Assembly (NCBI GenBank): GCA_043809425.1
Contig: JAZDDV010000021.1
Span: 1-57,391 of the forward strand
Origin: Candidatus Micrarchaeota archaeon
GTDB taxonomy: Archaea; Micrarchaeota; Micrarchaeia; Anstonellales; Bilamarchaeaceae
Direction of reading: 5' to 3'
Length of the DNA: 57,391 bases
Shown here piece by piece: positions 8,910 to 17,481 of this stretch (position 1 is the first letter of the stretch; every line of letters starts with the position of its first letter). The translations under genes were made by a program, and so were the position numbers. The notes under the pieces were generated by a model. It had not been told where the DNA came from. It searched no databases and saw only the letters and a list, made by a program, of their open reading frames with translations.

Positions 8910-10097
8910 ATGAATGAGCAGCTTCAGAATGACTTAAAGGCAGAGTTAGAGCAGCTGGAAACGGCAAATCTGCTCTGGAATCCGAAGACCCTTGAAGGGC
9001 CATCAGGCGCAAAGGGACAGGTGGCTGGTAAGAATGTCGTAATCCTATGCTCAAACAACTATCTTGGTCTGGCTAATCACCGCTTGCTGAAGAAAGCTGC
9101 AATTGAGGCAGTAAGAAAATACGGCGCAGGCTCAGGCAGCGTAAGGCCCATCGCAGGCACCATGGATTTGCATCTTAAGTTGGAGGAAACTATTGCAAGA
9201 TTCAAGCACACTGAAGCCGCATTATACTATAATAGCGGATTCACAGCAAACAGCGGTGCAATCCCTGCATTGCTGCGCGAAGGAGACGTTGTCATCTCAG
9301 ATGAGCTTAATCACGGCTCAATCATTGACGGCGTAAGGCTGACAAAAGCAGAACGCATGATTTACAAGCACAAGGATATGGCAGAGCTGGAGCAACGGCT
9401 AAAGGATGCTTCTGCCAAGAACCCAAAACGGATTCTAATCATTACTGACGGCGTTTTCTCCATGGATGGGGATATTGCGCCATTAGATAAAATCGTGCAG
9501 TTGGCCCAGCAGTATAACGCCTGCACCTACGTTGATGATGCACACGGAGATGGCGTTCTAGGCGAAAACGGCAGAGGCATTGTCAACCATTTCAAGCTTG
9601 AAGGCAAGGTTGACATGGATATGGGAACGTTCTCAAAAGGCTTTGGCACCATGGGCGGCTACATCGCAGGCACCGCAACGTTAAAGAAATACTTACTGAA
9701 CAAGTCACGAACATGGCTGCTTACTGGTTCGCACGGCCCGGCAACTGTTGCTGCGTCTATTGCTTCTCTTGAACTGCTTGAGAAAAACGACAAACTTGTG
9801 AAGAAGCTGTGGAGAAATACAAAATACTATAAGAAAGCCCTGAAGAAGCTGGGCTTTGACACTGGCGTTAGTGAAACTCCGATTACGCCTGTCATGACTT
9901 ATGAAGAAGAAAAAGCAGCGAAGATGAGCGCAAGGCTATTCGAAGAAGGCGTTTATGCGCTGCCCATAGTCTATCCGATGGTGGCAAAAGGCAAGGCAAG
10001 GATCAGAACGATGATTACGGCAGAGCATAAAAAAGAAGAGCTTGACTTTGCCCTGGCCGCATTTGAAAAGATCGGCAAGGAGCTGGCAATCCTATAG
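8910..10097 (+). CDS. kbl: 2-amino-3-ketobutyrate CoA ligase (glycine C-acetyltransferase)
   Basis: PLP-dependent alpha-oxoamine synthase pattern: NNYLGL, DELNHGSIIDG, FSMDGDIAPL, DDAHG, and TFSKGFG with the PLP lysine. The ATG at 8910 is preceded by GAGGTG. The ORF track starts at the GTG at 8895. Confidence 0.85.
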   Translation: MNEQLQNDLKAELEQLETANLLWNPKTLEGPSGAKGQVAGKNVVILCSNNYLGLANHRLLKKAAIEAVRKYGAGSGSVRPIAGTMDLHLKLEETIARFKHTEAALYYNSGFTANSGAIPALLREGDVVISDELNHGSIIDGVRLTKAERMIYKHKDMAELEQRLKDASAKNPKRILIITDGVFSMDGDIAPLDKIVQLAQQYNACTYVDDAHGDGVLGENGRGIVNHFKLEGKVDMDMGTFSKGFGTMGGYIAGTATLKKYLLNKSRTWLLTGSHGPATVAASIASLELLEKNDKLVKKLWRNTKYYKKALKKLGFDTGVSETPITPVMTYEEEKAAKMSARLFEEGVYALPIVYPMVAKGKARIRTMITAEHKKEELDFALAAFEKIGKELAIL

Positions 10098-10157
10098 ACT
10101 GTGCCATAGTAATCCAGACTTAGAAACATTTTTATATTTGTCCAGAGATAATACTGT

Positions 10158-10901
10158 ATGGCAAACTGTTCCGATGTAAAGGCTAAGAGACGGACGAAAG
10201 ATGACAGGCCAATGCCAAAGGCAGACTGGCAGAGATACTGGCGCCAGGAGCACCGCTATCATAGCATAAGCGTTTTAGGAGCAGACGGCAGGGAGTACCG
10301 CGCTTCCGAGGCTGTGAAAGCAAAGAAGATAATACTAAACCTTAAAGTTGGCATAGACCCGAGCGTTGTTCCGGTTGTAATGTCCGGCATCAGGGAAATG
10401 ATAACTGATATTGGCGTTTTCGGTTTCACGATCGTTCCGTCAGTTGACCACGCATCGGTAAAACTTCTTGAGGCTGCCACGACGCCGGATGGCAGACTTG
10501 ACTGCTACAAACTCAGGGAACTAATCGTAAGCGAACATGTGAGAGAGCCGCAGCTGTTCGGACCGCATGCTGACGTGATAATAACCGACCAGCGATTCAT
10601 GCATGGGGAAACGGATAGAAGCGAGGATTGGGGTTTTGCTTCATTCCCCTACGGTCTCATGGTCATTACCATTAAGGACAGGAGAGACTTGGATGAAAGC
10701 GCGCTTGAGTTCTTCAAAAAGATGGCCAAGCACGAGACAGGCCATCTGCTTGGATTTGATGAGCATCACGACAGCACGAGCGCAGACGGCTATAGACTGA
10801 CGGAAAAGTGCGTCATGCTCTGGGAAGCGTCTACAAGAGTAGTGTGCGAAAAATGCCTTGACGGCATGAAGCAATTCTGGCGCGGATTCGAAAATTTCTA
10901 G
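10158..10901 (+). CDS. amzA: archaemetzincin-like zinc metalloprotease
   Basis: HETGHLLGFDEHHD...KCVMLWEASTRVVCEKC fits the archaemetzincin pattern HExxHxxG...CxM...CxxC. A TATA-like TTTTTATAT lies about 29 nt upstream. Confidence 0.55.
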   Translation: MANCSDVKAKRRTKDDRPMPKADWQRYWRQEHRYHSISVLGADGREYRASEAVKAKKIILNLKVGIDPSVVPVVMSGIREMITDIGVFGFTIVPSVDHASVKLLEAATTPDGRLDCYKLRELIVSEHVREPQLFGPHADVIITDQRFMHGETDRSEDWGFASFPYGLMVITIKDRRDLDESALEFFKKMAKHETGHLLGFDEHHDSTSADGYRLTEKCVMLWEASTRVVCEKCLDGMKQFWRGFENF

Positions 10902-11422
10902 AGCGAAGACTGGTTCTTGTCCGCAGTGCGGCTTCTTGCATCGTCGACAACCGCAAGCCAGGAGTCGCCTATCTTCATCATGTAATTGCCGTAGGTCTTA
11001 CTAAGCATTATCCGCATCGGCCGGTATTTCCTGCGGCTTTCCTGCGCAACGATTGTTTCCCTTTCTATCTTTATCATGCCAACACGCCTTAGCCGCGGCA
11101 ATACTCGGTTGTAGAACGTTGCCTTGGAGATTTCCTCTGCTGCTATGAATGCGGAGATGTCGCTGCCCTCAAGATTCGCCTTCTCAATAAGCAGCTTCAT
11201 GAATGCAACTGCCACTTCATGGTATTTCTCCTGGTACTGTTTTGGGAAAACGAAATTCAGCACTTCCTCCATGTTCCATAAATTGCGCGTGAGCTGCTCA
11301 TTGTCATCCTGGAACTTGCGCACATCGGAAAACGGAGGAAAGTAAAGCGCTTCTGCAGAGGGCACTCCGCGCGAGGCGATAGTCTTTTTCTCTTCTGATT
11401 TCTCTTCTTTCTGGTCTACCAT
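10898..11422 (-). CDS. hypothetical protein, possible winged-helix DNA-binding domain
   Basis: 174 aa. The segment EEISKATFYNRVLPRLRRVGMIKIERE resembles a wHTH recognition helix plus wing. It overlaps the convergent upstream gene by 4 nt. Confidence 0.4.
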   Translation of the reverse strand: MVDQKEEKSEEKKTIASRGVPSAEALYFPPFSDVRKFQDDNEQLTRNLWNMEEVLNFVFPKQYQEKYHEVAVAFMKLLIEKANLEGSDISAFIAAEEISKATFYNRVLPRLRRVGMIKIERETIVAQESRRKYRPMRIMLSKTYGNYMMKIGDSWLAVVDDARSRTADKNQSSL

Positions 11423-11458
11423 GTCAGTATAATGAAAACAAGAAATAAAATGCTTTGC

Positions 11459-11767
11459 CTAGCCGAACAACGAGCCCAGGCCGCTTTCCGCAGCTTCCTC
11501 TTCTGCCTTTATCTTGCCGACTATGCGTGCAGCCACATCGGCTTTTAGCACTGTTGCTACGTCCTTCAGCCGCTCGTCTGCCTTTTTTACGAATTCCTCG
11601 GATGAGGAAATGTAGATATACATCTTGGTCTTGTCCTCGCTTAGAGAGCCACCGTCCCTAATGCGGTAGCCCACGCGGGCAAAGCTGTCTGCCGCATACG
11701 GTTCTGCTTCAAGTATCTTGGTGACGTCCCCTTTCTTGTCAGTTGCGAATTCGTAGACGCGGTCCAT
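11459..11767 (-). CDS. small protein (102 aa) with ribosomal-stalk-like acidic/hydrophobic C-terminal tail
   Basis: I start it at the internal ATG (MDRVYEF), 4 nt after the stop of the upstream membrane gene. The longer 139-aa ORF would overlap that gene out of frame. The C-terminus is KAEEEAAESGLGSLFG. Confidence 0.55.
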   Translation of the reverse strand: MDRVYEFATDKKGDVTKILEAEPYAADSFARVGYRIRDGGSLSEDKTKMYIYISSSEEFVKKADERLKDVATVLKADVAARIVGKIKAEEEAAESGLGSLFG

Positions 11768-11771
11768 AAAA

Positions 11772-12497
11772 TCACTTTGTGTTGGCGACCATTTCGATGA
11801 GCGCCGCATAAACAATCGGATAGAGCACGAACAGCGAGATAAACTGCAGCAACGGCACGAAGTTAAGCACCCAGACAATCAGGTAAACGAAGTACACGCC
11901 GATGAAGTAAATGTGCTTGGTCTTGAACACCTGGAACGTGCGCTTGAATGCATCAAACGGCGGGTCGCCCAGGCCTGTTGCGATTATGCCAGGCTTGGCA
12001 AGCAGATGAAACAGTACGGCGATTGTAATTACGACTAAACAGAAAATTATATCCATATACTGGTAGTCCTGCAAGTAGAGCACATACACCGCAGCCAGCG
12101 GCGCAATAAGCAGCAGCATGAAGAAATCACGCAGCGCGCCAATTGAAAAGACCATGAGCGAGCGGGAAAGGCCGTAGTTGTAGAATTCAATCATGCTTGT
12201 CTTTCCGCCGGTAAGTGCGCTCTTGAACGTTTTTACTACAGCAGCGGAAACTCCGCCGCTGACAAACAGGTAGAACAACACTGCAATTAACGCAGGCAGC
12301 GCGTACAACGCAATGGCAATGGGTGAAGTGGTTGAGAATTCATAGCCCAGCACAAATGCGATTATCAAACCAATCAGCACCAGGCCAACTGCTGCGAAAA
12401 AGAATACCAGTGAAAAGAAAACATACAGGATAGCTGCCCACATGAACAGAAACGGCTTGTCTCCGTAGGCGGCAAATGCGGTTTTTATTTCGTTCAT
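11772..12497 (-). CDS. polytopic membrane protein (hypothetical)
   Basis: 241 aa with about 6 hydrophobic helices. It sits in an apparent three-gene operon with 12507-12926 and 11459-11767. Confidence 0.6.
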   Translation of the reverse strand: MNEIKTAFAAYGDKPFLFMWAAILYVFFSLVFFFAAVGLVLIGLIIAFVLGYEFSTTSPIAIALYALPALIAVLFYLFVSGGVSAAVVKTFKSALTGGKTSMIEFYNYGLSRSLMVFSIGALRDFFMLLLIAPLAAVYVLYLQDYQYMDIIFCLVVITIAVLFHLLAKPGIIATGLGDPPFDAFKRTFQVFKTKHIYFIGVYFVYLIVWVLNFVPLLQFISLFVLYPIVYAALIEMVANTK

Positions 12498-12506
12498 TTA
12501 GGCACC

Positions 12507-12926
12507 TTATTTCTGCTTTTTCTGCGGTGGCATTTTCTGCGGCGGAAGTATGGCTGGTGGAGAAATATGCGGTGGCAGGTTGAAAACGCGCAGTATGAAT
12601 AGTGCGTTAAGGCTTACGTAGGAATTGATGGTGTTCATTATTATGGTCGCCGGCTCCTCTTCAATCCTGTGCTTTTCCTTCCAGGATTTGACAAGCTTGT
12701 CAATGGCATCAGGCGCGTCGCTGACAAGCACTTCGCCGCCCAGCTGCACCAGTGCCGAATTCGGCGCGTAGATAATGCTGTAGATGAATTTGACGTCTGC
12801 TACGGCCGGATCTTCTGTTTTCGAAATCTTGTCCAGCTTCAGGTCAATGGTTATTTCCTTCGGTGGAGAGTCTTCCTTGATCTTTATTTCTCCCTCATTC
12901 AGCCTTATGCCTACAATGCCAATCAT
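12507..12926 (-). CDS. hypothetical protein with Pro/Gln/Lys-rich C-terminal tail
   Basis: 139 aa and first gene of the three-gene operon. A TATA-like CTTTTTAAA lies about 35 nt upstream on the minus strand. I make no confident domain call. Confidence 0.5.
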   Translation of the reverse strand: MIGIVGIRLNEGEIKIKEDSPPKEITIDLKLDKISKTEDPAVADVKFIYSIIYAPNSALVQLGGEVLVSDAPDAIDKLVKSWKEKHRIEEEPATIIMNTINSYVSLNALFILRVFNLPPHISPPAILPPQKMPPQKKQK

Positions 12927-12985
12927 AGTTGCACCCTAGCTTAGATAAGCATGCTCGGTTTAAAAAGTTTCCGTCGTGCACAGCC

Positions 12986-14194
12986 CTAGCGGCCGTTTTT
13001 GACAGACAGCCAGAACACTGCTGCACCTACTGCAGCTGCGGCCAGTGAAAAAAGAAATGCAACCGGACTGCCGAGCAGCGTTATGCCCCACAGCAAACCT
13101 GCAATGAGATTGGCCGGAAGAGCTGCCATGCCAACTACTGCCCGGTAGAAGCCGATTGAAGCCGCATAGCTTCCATCGCCGGTCTTTTTTGCCAGGAATG
13201 CCAGCGGAATAGTCTCTATTATAGCCATGTAGCAGCCTGCAAGAATGAACGCGATTAAGGCGGCTTCGGCAACTGGCACGAATGCCATAAGCGCCAGCGA
13301 GCACATGAACAGCACCATGCCGAGAAATATCGTTTTCTTTGCGCCTATCTGGTCCATGAGTGCACCTGCCGGAACTGCGAAGAACAGATAGGCTGCATTG
13401 TAGGCAAGATAGATCACTGGTATCATCACCAGCGGCACAAATTCGTTGGCGCGCAGCAGGTAAAACATCATACTGAAGTTTGCCAGCGCGAAAAGTCCCA
13501 TCAGCAGCGCAAAATGCACCGTCTCCTTGTCATCCACTATCTTTTTGATTGACACGGCTGGCATTTTTTTATGCGTCTGGCTGTCCCGCAAAAAGAACAG
13601 TACCAGCACTGACAGCAGCGAAGGCACCAGAGCCACCAGGAAAAGTAGCCGGTAGTTTTCCTCATTAGGCGAATTATTGAAGAAGAAAACAATGATAAAC
13701 GTGGCGATAAGCGGGCCCAGCACAGCACCGCCGTTATCCATTAACTTCCGAAAGCCGAATGCCTGGCCCAGGTGCTCTTTTTTCTCTGACAATGCCATGA
13801 GTGCATCGCGCGGCGGTTCCCTCACTCCCTTGCCTATGCGGTCGGAAATTTTGAAAAGTATTACCTGCGGCCAGCCGGCTGCCAGCACCAGCATGCCCTT
13901 AAAGAACGCAGATATGGAATAGCCGGTTATTATGATGCGCTTTCTCGCGCCTATGTTATCGGAATAAAGGCCGGAAATGAATGCGGAAATGGCCATGGCG
14001 AATTCTCCCAGGCTTTCCATCAATCCCACTGCCAGTACCGGTGCTCCAAGAATGTTGACCAGGAAAAACGGCAGCAGCGGAAAAATCATTTCACTGCTCG
14101 CATCGTTCAGGAAGCTGGCCAGGCCGGATATTTTTGTATTATTGCTTATTTTTTCCAATGCGCCTTTCCTGCGGCGCTTTCTCTCAGGGTGCAT
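12986..14194 (-). CDS. MFS-type transporter
   Basis: 402 aa with about 12 predicted TM helices and an MFS-like loop motif (SDRIGKGVREPPRDA) between TM2 and TM3. Confidence 0.75.
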   Translation of the reverse strand: MHPERKRRRKGALEKISNNTKISGLASFLNDASSEMIFPLLPFFLVNILGAPVLAVGLMESLGEFAMAISAFISGLYSDNIGARKRIIITGYSISAFFKGMLVLAAGWPQVILFKISDRIGKGVREPPRDALMALSEKKEHLGQAFGFRKLMDNGGAVLGPLIATFIIVFFFNNSPNEENYRLLFLVALVPSLLSVLVLFFLRDSQTHKKMPAVSIKKIVDDKETVHFALLMGLFALANFSMMFYLLRANEFVPLVMIPVIYLAYNAAYLFFAVPAGALMDQIGAKKTIFLGMVLFMCSLALMAFVPVAEAALIAFILAGCYMAIIETIPLAFLAKKTGDGSYAASIGFYRAVVGMAALPANLIAGLLWGITLLGSPVAFLFSLAAAAVGAAVFWLSVKNGR

Positions 14195-14234
14195 AACACA
14201 TTATTATGACGGCAATAAAATAAAAAGTAATCGG

Positions 14235-15023
14235 TTATAACGACTGCTTTTTGCCTGGCGTTTTGATGCGGGCTATTAATTCGCGAAATTTATGGATGAG
14301 AGTTCTGTCCGGCTTACACTGCACGCCGTCGCCCTGCAGCGGATTGCCCCGGCCAAGCTTCTGCGAATTTATCACGGCTTCGTCCCGAGCAGCAACCAGC
14401 GCTGCTTTTGTTCCGAATTGAAGCCGTGGTTGCCGGTCCACCACCTGGCCGACAAATGTTTTTTCGCCTTTCTGCACATGGCTGTCTATGGAATTAAGAA
14501 GCATGTTTTCCAGATTTTCCCTTGTTGCATTCTCCAGGTCCATCCGAGCAAGAAGCTCTTCCAGCGCAAAGCTCCTGTTGGTTCTTTCAAATGCCCTGCC
14601 AGCAGCCATGATTACCTTGTTGCTGACATGAGAAAGTGGTTTCAGCGCTGCAGAAACGCCATCAAGAAATGATTCGCTGCAACTGTCGATGGAACCGACC
14701 ATGTTTTGCTCCAGGAGCTTCTTTTCCCCATTTGATTGGAATTCCTTATGCGCCCTGGCCAATGCCCTGAAGCTCATCCCTTTGCGGCTAAGATAGGGCC
14801 TGATTTCTTCCAGCCTGCCTTCGTCCCTGCAGACATCAAATGCGATGAGCAGCCTATCCTCTATGGTCTTCTTGTCTTTTTCATTTGGGCAGGTTGTAAA
14901 TGCCACGGCAAGCGCCCCGAAATCCCCTCTGGCAGCTGCCTCGTTTATAAGTTGCAGAAACGTGTTGCTGGTTAATTTGTCTGTGCTTATGCCCACGTAA
15001 AGGCCATTGAATGAATCCGCCAT
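14235..15023 (-). CDS. hypothetical protein
   Basis: 262-aa soluble ORF with a TTTAAAAACAC box upstream on the minus strand (15053-15060). No recognisable domain. Confidence 0.5.
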   Translation of the reverse strand: MADSFNGLYVGISTDKLTSNTFLQLINEAAARGDFGALAVAFTTCPNEKDKKTIEDRLLIAFDVCRDEGRLEEIRPYLSRKGMSFRALARAHKEFQSNGEKKLLEQNMVGSIDSCSESFLDGVSAALKPLSHVSNKVIMAAGRAFERTNRSFALEELLARMDLENATRENLENMLLNSIDSHVQKGEKTFVGQVVDRQPRLQFGTKAALVAARDEAVINSQKLGRGNPLQGDGVQCKPDRTLIHKFRELIARIKTPGKKQSL

Positions 15024-15052
15024 CGTACCAGTAGGAATAATGTAAGAATGTG

Positions 15053-15060
15053 TTTTTAAA
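15053..15060 (-). promoter_or_regulatory. TATA box (GTGTTTAAAAACACATT on minus strand) for the gene at 14235-15023
   Basis: About 37 nt upstream of the ATG at 15023. It overlaps the 3' end of the upstream gene. Confidence 0.4.
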
Positions 15061-15610
15061 CACGCAGATGCGACCAGAACGGCACAGGCTCAGGATCAGC
15101 AGTTATGCGACCTGTTGCCACCAGCGAATTGACGAACTGGCGGCCGCTTTTAAAGAAGGCTTCTGCCCAGGCCATTGCTTCGATAACTTCCCGCGTCTCA
15201 GCACGATGTGCCTTCCACAGGTTTTTCCTTACGAAAAATAAAAGATCAGGAATGCACTTCTCAGCGAACTTTTGTGGCGTTAGCTCGGCAGTATTGTCCT
15301 TCGGATAGTGGAATTTTACGCCCTGGTGAAGCGCCTCACAGAAAATGCTGAATGCAGCTGCCTCTTCAATCGGGTCAGGCATCCTGATTCGCATGTGCTC
15401 GAACACACACTTGCATACAGCCACATCATTCTGCGCCTCAATTCGCTGGATCTTGTCTCGGTTGTCGACGTTCGCCGTGATGTTATCCATGCGCAGCTTG
15501 AGGGCGTAGAAATCAGAGCCGAGCTGGATCCTGGCCGCCTTGGCAGCGCTTATCAGCGCTCCCCGGTCTCTTGCACCCAGCCTTGGGAGCTTTTCCACCC
15601 TTAGAATCAT
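15056..15610 (-). CDS. hypothetical protein
   Basis: 184-aa ORF. A TATA-like ATTTTTATA lies about 27 nt upstream on the minus strand, within the divergent intergenic region 15611-15718. Confidence 0.5.
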   Translation of the reverse strand: MILRVEKLPRLGARDRGALISAAKAARIQLGSDFYALKLRMDNITANVDNRDKIQRIEAQNDVAVCKCVFEHMRIRMPDPIEEAAAFSIFCEALHQGVKFHYPKDNTAELTPQKFAEKCIPDLLFFVRKNLWKAHRAETREVIEAMAWAEAFFKSGRQFVNSLVATGRITADPEPVPFWSHLRV

Positions 15611-15718
15611 TAATATATTACGCAGCGAAGGTATAAAAATATTTGGTTGGAGATAGTGGAAATACGTTATTTAAAAAAGAGGCGGGTTTTTTATTTATTT
15701 CTGCTTAGATATAGTAGT

Positions 15719-16456
15719 ATGCAAACGAGAGTGCTTCTTCATCCGCGCTTCAAAAAGATAGCAGTGCCGCTTGAGCAACGCTTCTCGCCGTTTCTGGTGT
15801 ATGAACGGACTGGCAAGAATTGGAGCGAACAAAGCGTCAGCCTTAGCGAATACTGGAAACTGCTTAGTCCTAAACAAAAGGAAAGGGCAGTGCAAACTGT
15901 CAGGAAAAGAGCGTTGGTAACGAAGCTCTTGGCTGAGCCGCTTAATGAATGCGCTATAGCAGGGCAGCTCGAAATCAGCAGGGAACGCATACGGCAGTAT
16001 AAAAACGTGCTAACGCCGGAACGGCCGGCTTACGGGCCTGCTTCTGGCAAAGAACACGCCGAATTCCTGGTTTCTGCCGTCAGAGCAGACCCGACAATCA
16101 AAAATGAGGACTTGGCCATGGCAGCAGGCCTGAACAGAAAAACAGTAAGCAAGATACTGGTAAAGGCAGGAGTAAACAAGCGGCAGCTCATAGCAGAACG
16201 AATAGTGAAACTTGCGCTGGCGCATCCGGAGTGGACCAGGGCAAGAATAGGCCAGGAAGTCGGCTACGACTATAACGCAATCTCCCGGGCGCTGAAAAAA
16301 GCAGGTATTGATATGCGGCAGCTGTTGCATGCGAAAATAAACGAATTGATAAGTGTCCACCCGAAATGGACAAATGTTCTGGTGGCTCAGGTCGTAAGCG
16401 TGAGTGATGAGACTGTGAGACGGCACAGAAACAACAATGGCCAGGCAGTTACCTGA
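15719..16456 (+). CDS. DNA-binding protein with sigma-70-region-4-like HTH plus three tandem HTH repeats
   Basis: I chose the ATG at 15719 because a TTTTATTTAT box lies about 25 nt upstream. The ORF track begins at 15647. It contains ECAIAGQLEISRERIRQYKN, followed by three roughly 45-aa repeats (P..KNEDLAMAAGLNRKTVSKILVKAGV / HPEWTRARIGQEVGYDYNAISRALKKAGI / HPKWTNVLVAQVVSVSDETVRRH). Confidence 0.5.
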   Translation: MQTRVLLHPRFKKIAVPLEQRFSPFLVYERTGKNWSEQSVSLSEYWKLLSPKQKERAVQTVRKRALVTKLLAEPLNECAIAGQLEISRERIRQYKNVLTPERPAYGPASGKEHAEFLVSAVRADPTIKNEDLAMAAGLNRKTVSKILVKAGVNKRQLIAERIVKLALAHPEWTRARIGQEVGYDYNAISRALKKAGIDMRQLLHAKINELISVHPKWTNVLVAQVVSVSDETVRRHRNNNGQAVT

Positions 16457-16504
16457 GTGCTGCAAAATAAAAAGGGATTTAAAACGCAGCTGGAAAATAC
16501 TGTT

Positions 16505-17278
16505 ATGAATAGAGCCGGGCTATTTGCATTTTTGCTAGTGCTCAGCTTCATCGCCGGCTGCGTGATGCAGCAGATTCAAACCCCGGCCAACAGCAACGTA
16601 AGCAGCAGATGGATTCTAAATGCACCGGAAGTAAAAAACAGCGGAAAATGGATTGCCCAGGCGCCTCAAGCAAGAGACAATGTAACTGCGCTAGTGATTA
16701 CTGCGCCGAATTGCGAAAAATGCGTCGGAGCAGACCTGGTGCTGGCTAACTATGAGCAGGAAATCGCCGGCTCTGAAAAACTGGATAAACGTCGAATTGA
16801 TCCGGGCAGCGACCAGGGAAAAGAACTTATCCAACGCTACCGGATAGAAAAACTGCCGACCCTGTTGCTCATGAGAAACGACGCCTGGGACTACATAACG
16901 TTTAGCAACTGGTTGAACGGCAGCGGCACCATGGAAGCAGATAACACGCTGGTGCTGCGGAAAGTACAGCTGCCTTACTACGACGTAAAAACAGGACAGG
17001 TGCAGGGAATGGTGCATATCATGCTGCTGGTAAACGGCAGCAATTCAGCTGCATCGGCAACAGCAGATGCAATGGCTGCGAGCTACAATCTGGTTTATAC
17101 GAAATTAGAACTCAATGCGTCGAGCATAGAAGCGCAGCAGGCTATGACGACGTATAACATTGCAAAACTTCCTGCAATTCTTATTTCGCCTGAGGCAGCA
17201 GTCTACCCGGGCTTTACCCAGGCCTGGCTTGCCGCCAATAATACAATCGAAAAAGACGGAACCTTCGTGCTGAGGTGA
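16505..17278 (+). CDS. secreted or lipid-anchored thioredoxin-fold protein (CxxC)
   Basis: Signal peptide with a lipobox-like SFIAGC. It has a CEKC motif and two thioredoxin-like KLPTLLL / KLPAILI segments. The ORF track starts at 16457; the ATG at 16505 (MNRAGLF) gives a normal signal peptide. Confidence 0.5.
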   Translation: MNRAGLFAFLLVLSFIAGCVMQQIQTPANSNVSSRWILNAPEVKNSGKWIAQAPQARDNVTALVITAPNCEKCVGADLVLANYEQEIAGSEKLDKRRIDPGSDQGKELIQRYRIEKLPTLLLMRNDAWDYITFSNWLNGSGTMEADNTLVLRKVQLPYYDVKTGQVQGMVHIMLLVNGSNSAASATADAMAASYNLVYTKLELNASSIEAQQAMTTYNIAKLPAILISPEAAVYPGFTQAWLAANNTIEKDGTFVLR

Positions 17279-17286
17279 CTGGATGA

Positions 17287-17430
17287 AAAAAGCAGCTGAA
17301 AAAATCAAAATACGGCGGCAGAAAGATAGCTACGGAACTAGTTGCTGCTGACAGATTTTATCCAGCTGAAAAGTACCATCAGAAGTACAACCAGAAGCAC
17401 AAGCTTGGCATAGGGATCTGCGGTCTTTGA
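17287..17430 (+). pseudogene. msrA: remnant of methionine sulfoxide reductase A (C-terminal ~45 codons only)
   Basis: A start-less frame reads ...KIATELVAADRFYPAEKYHQKYNQKHKLGIGICGL*, which matches the conserved C-terminal FYPAEDYHQ.Y motif of MsrA. The frame is closed by a TGA at 17284-17286 and the catalytic N-terminal part is absent. Confidence 0.45.
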
Positions 17431-17481
17431 CTGAGTTATGCAGCCGTCAAATGTTATAAATTTTGCCATTAATATTATTAC

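Noticed and set aside
11768-11878. Upstream extension of the stalk-tail protein ORF (139-aa version starting at 11878)
   Set aside because: The extension overlaps the 3' end of the membrane gene in another frame and translates to Cys/Ser/Arg-rich nonsense. The internal ATG at 11767 directly follows the upstream stop.
12507-12926. Possible SecB-like chaperone assignment for the 139-aa protein
   Set aside because: I saw only a vague pattern resemblance (beta-rich N-terminal half, then ..N.I......L......NLPP), with no diagnostic motif. I left it as hypothetical.
12960-13304. 114-aa minus-strand ORF overlapping the MFS transporter gene in another frame
   Set aside because: It is an alternative frame of a 402-aa transporter gene with coherent TM structure, and its own composition is Arg/Ser/Cys-rich noise.
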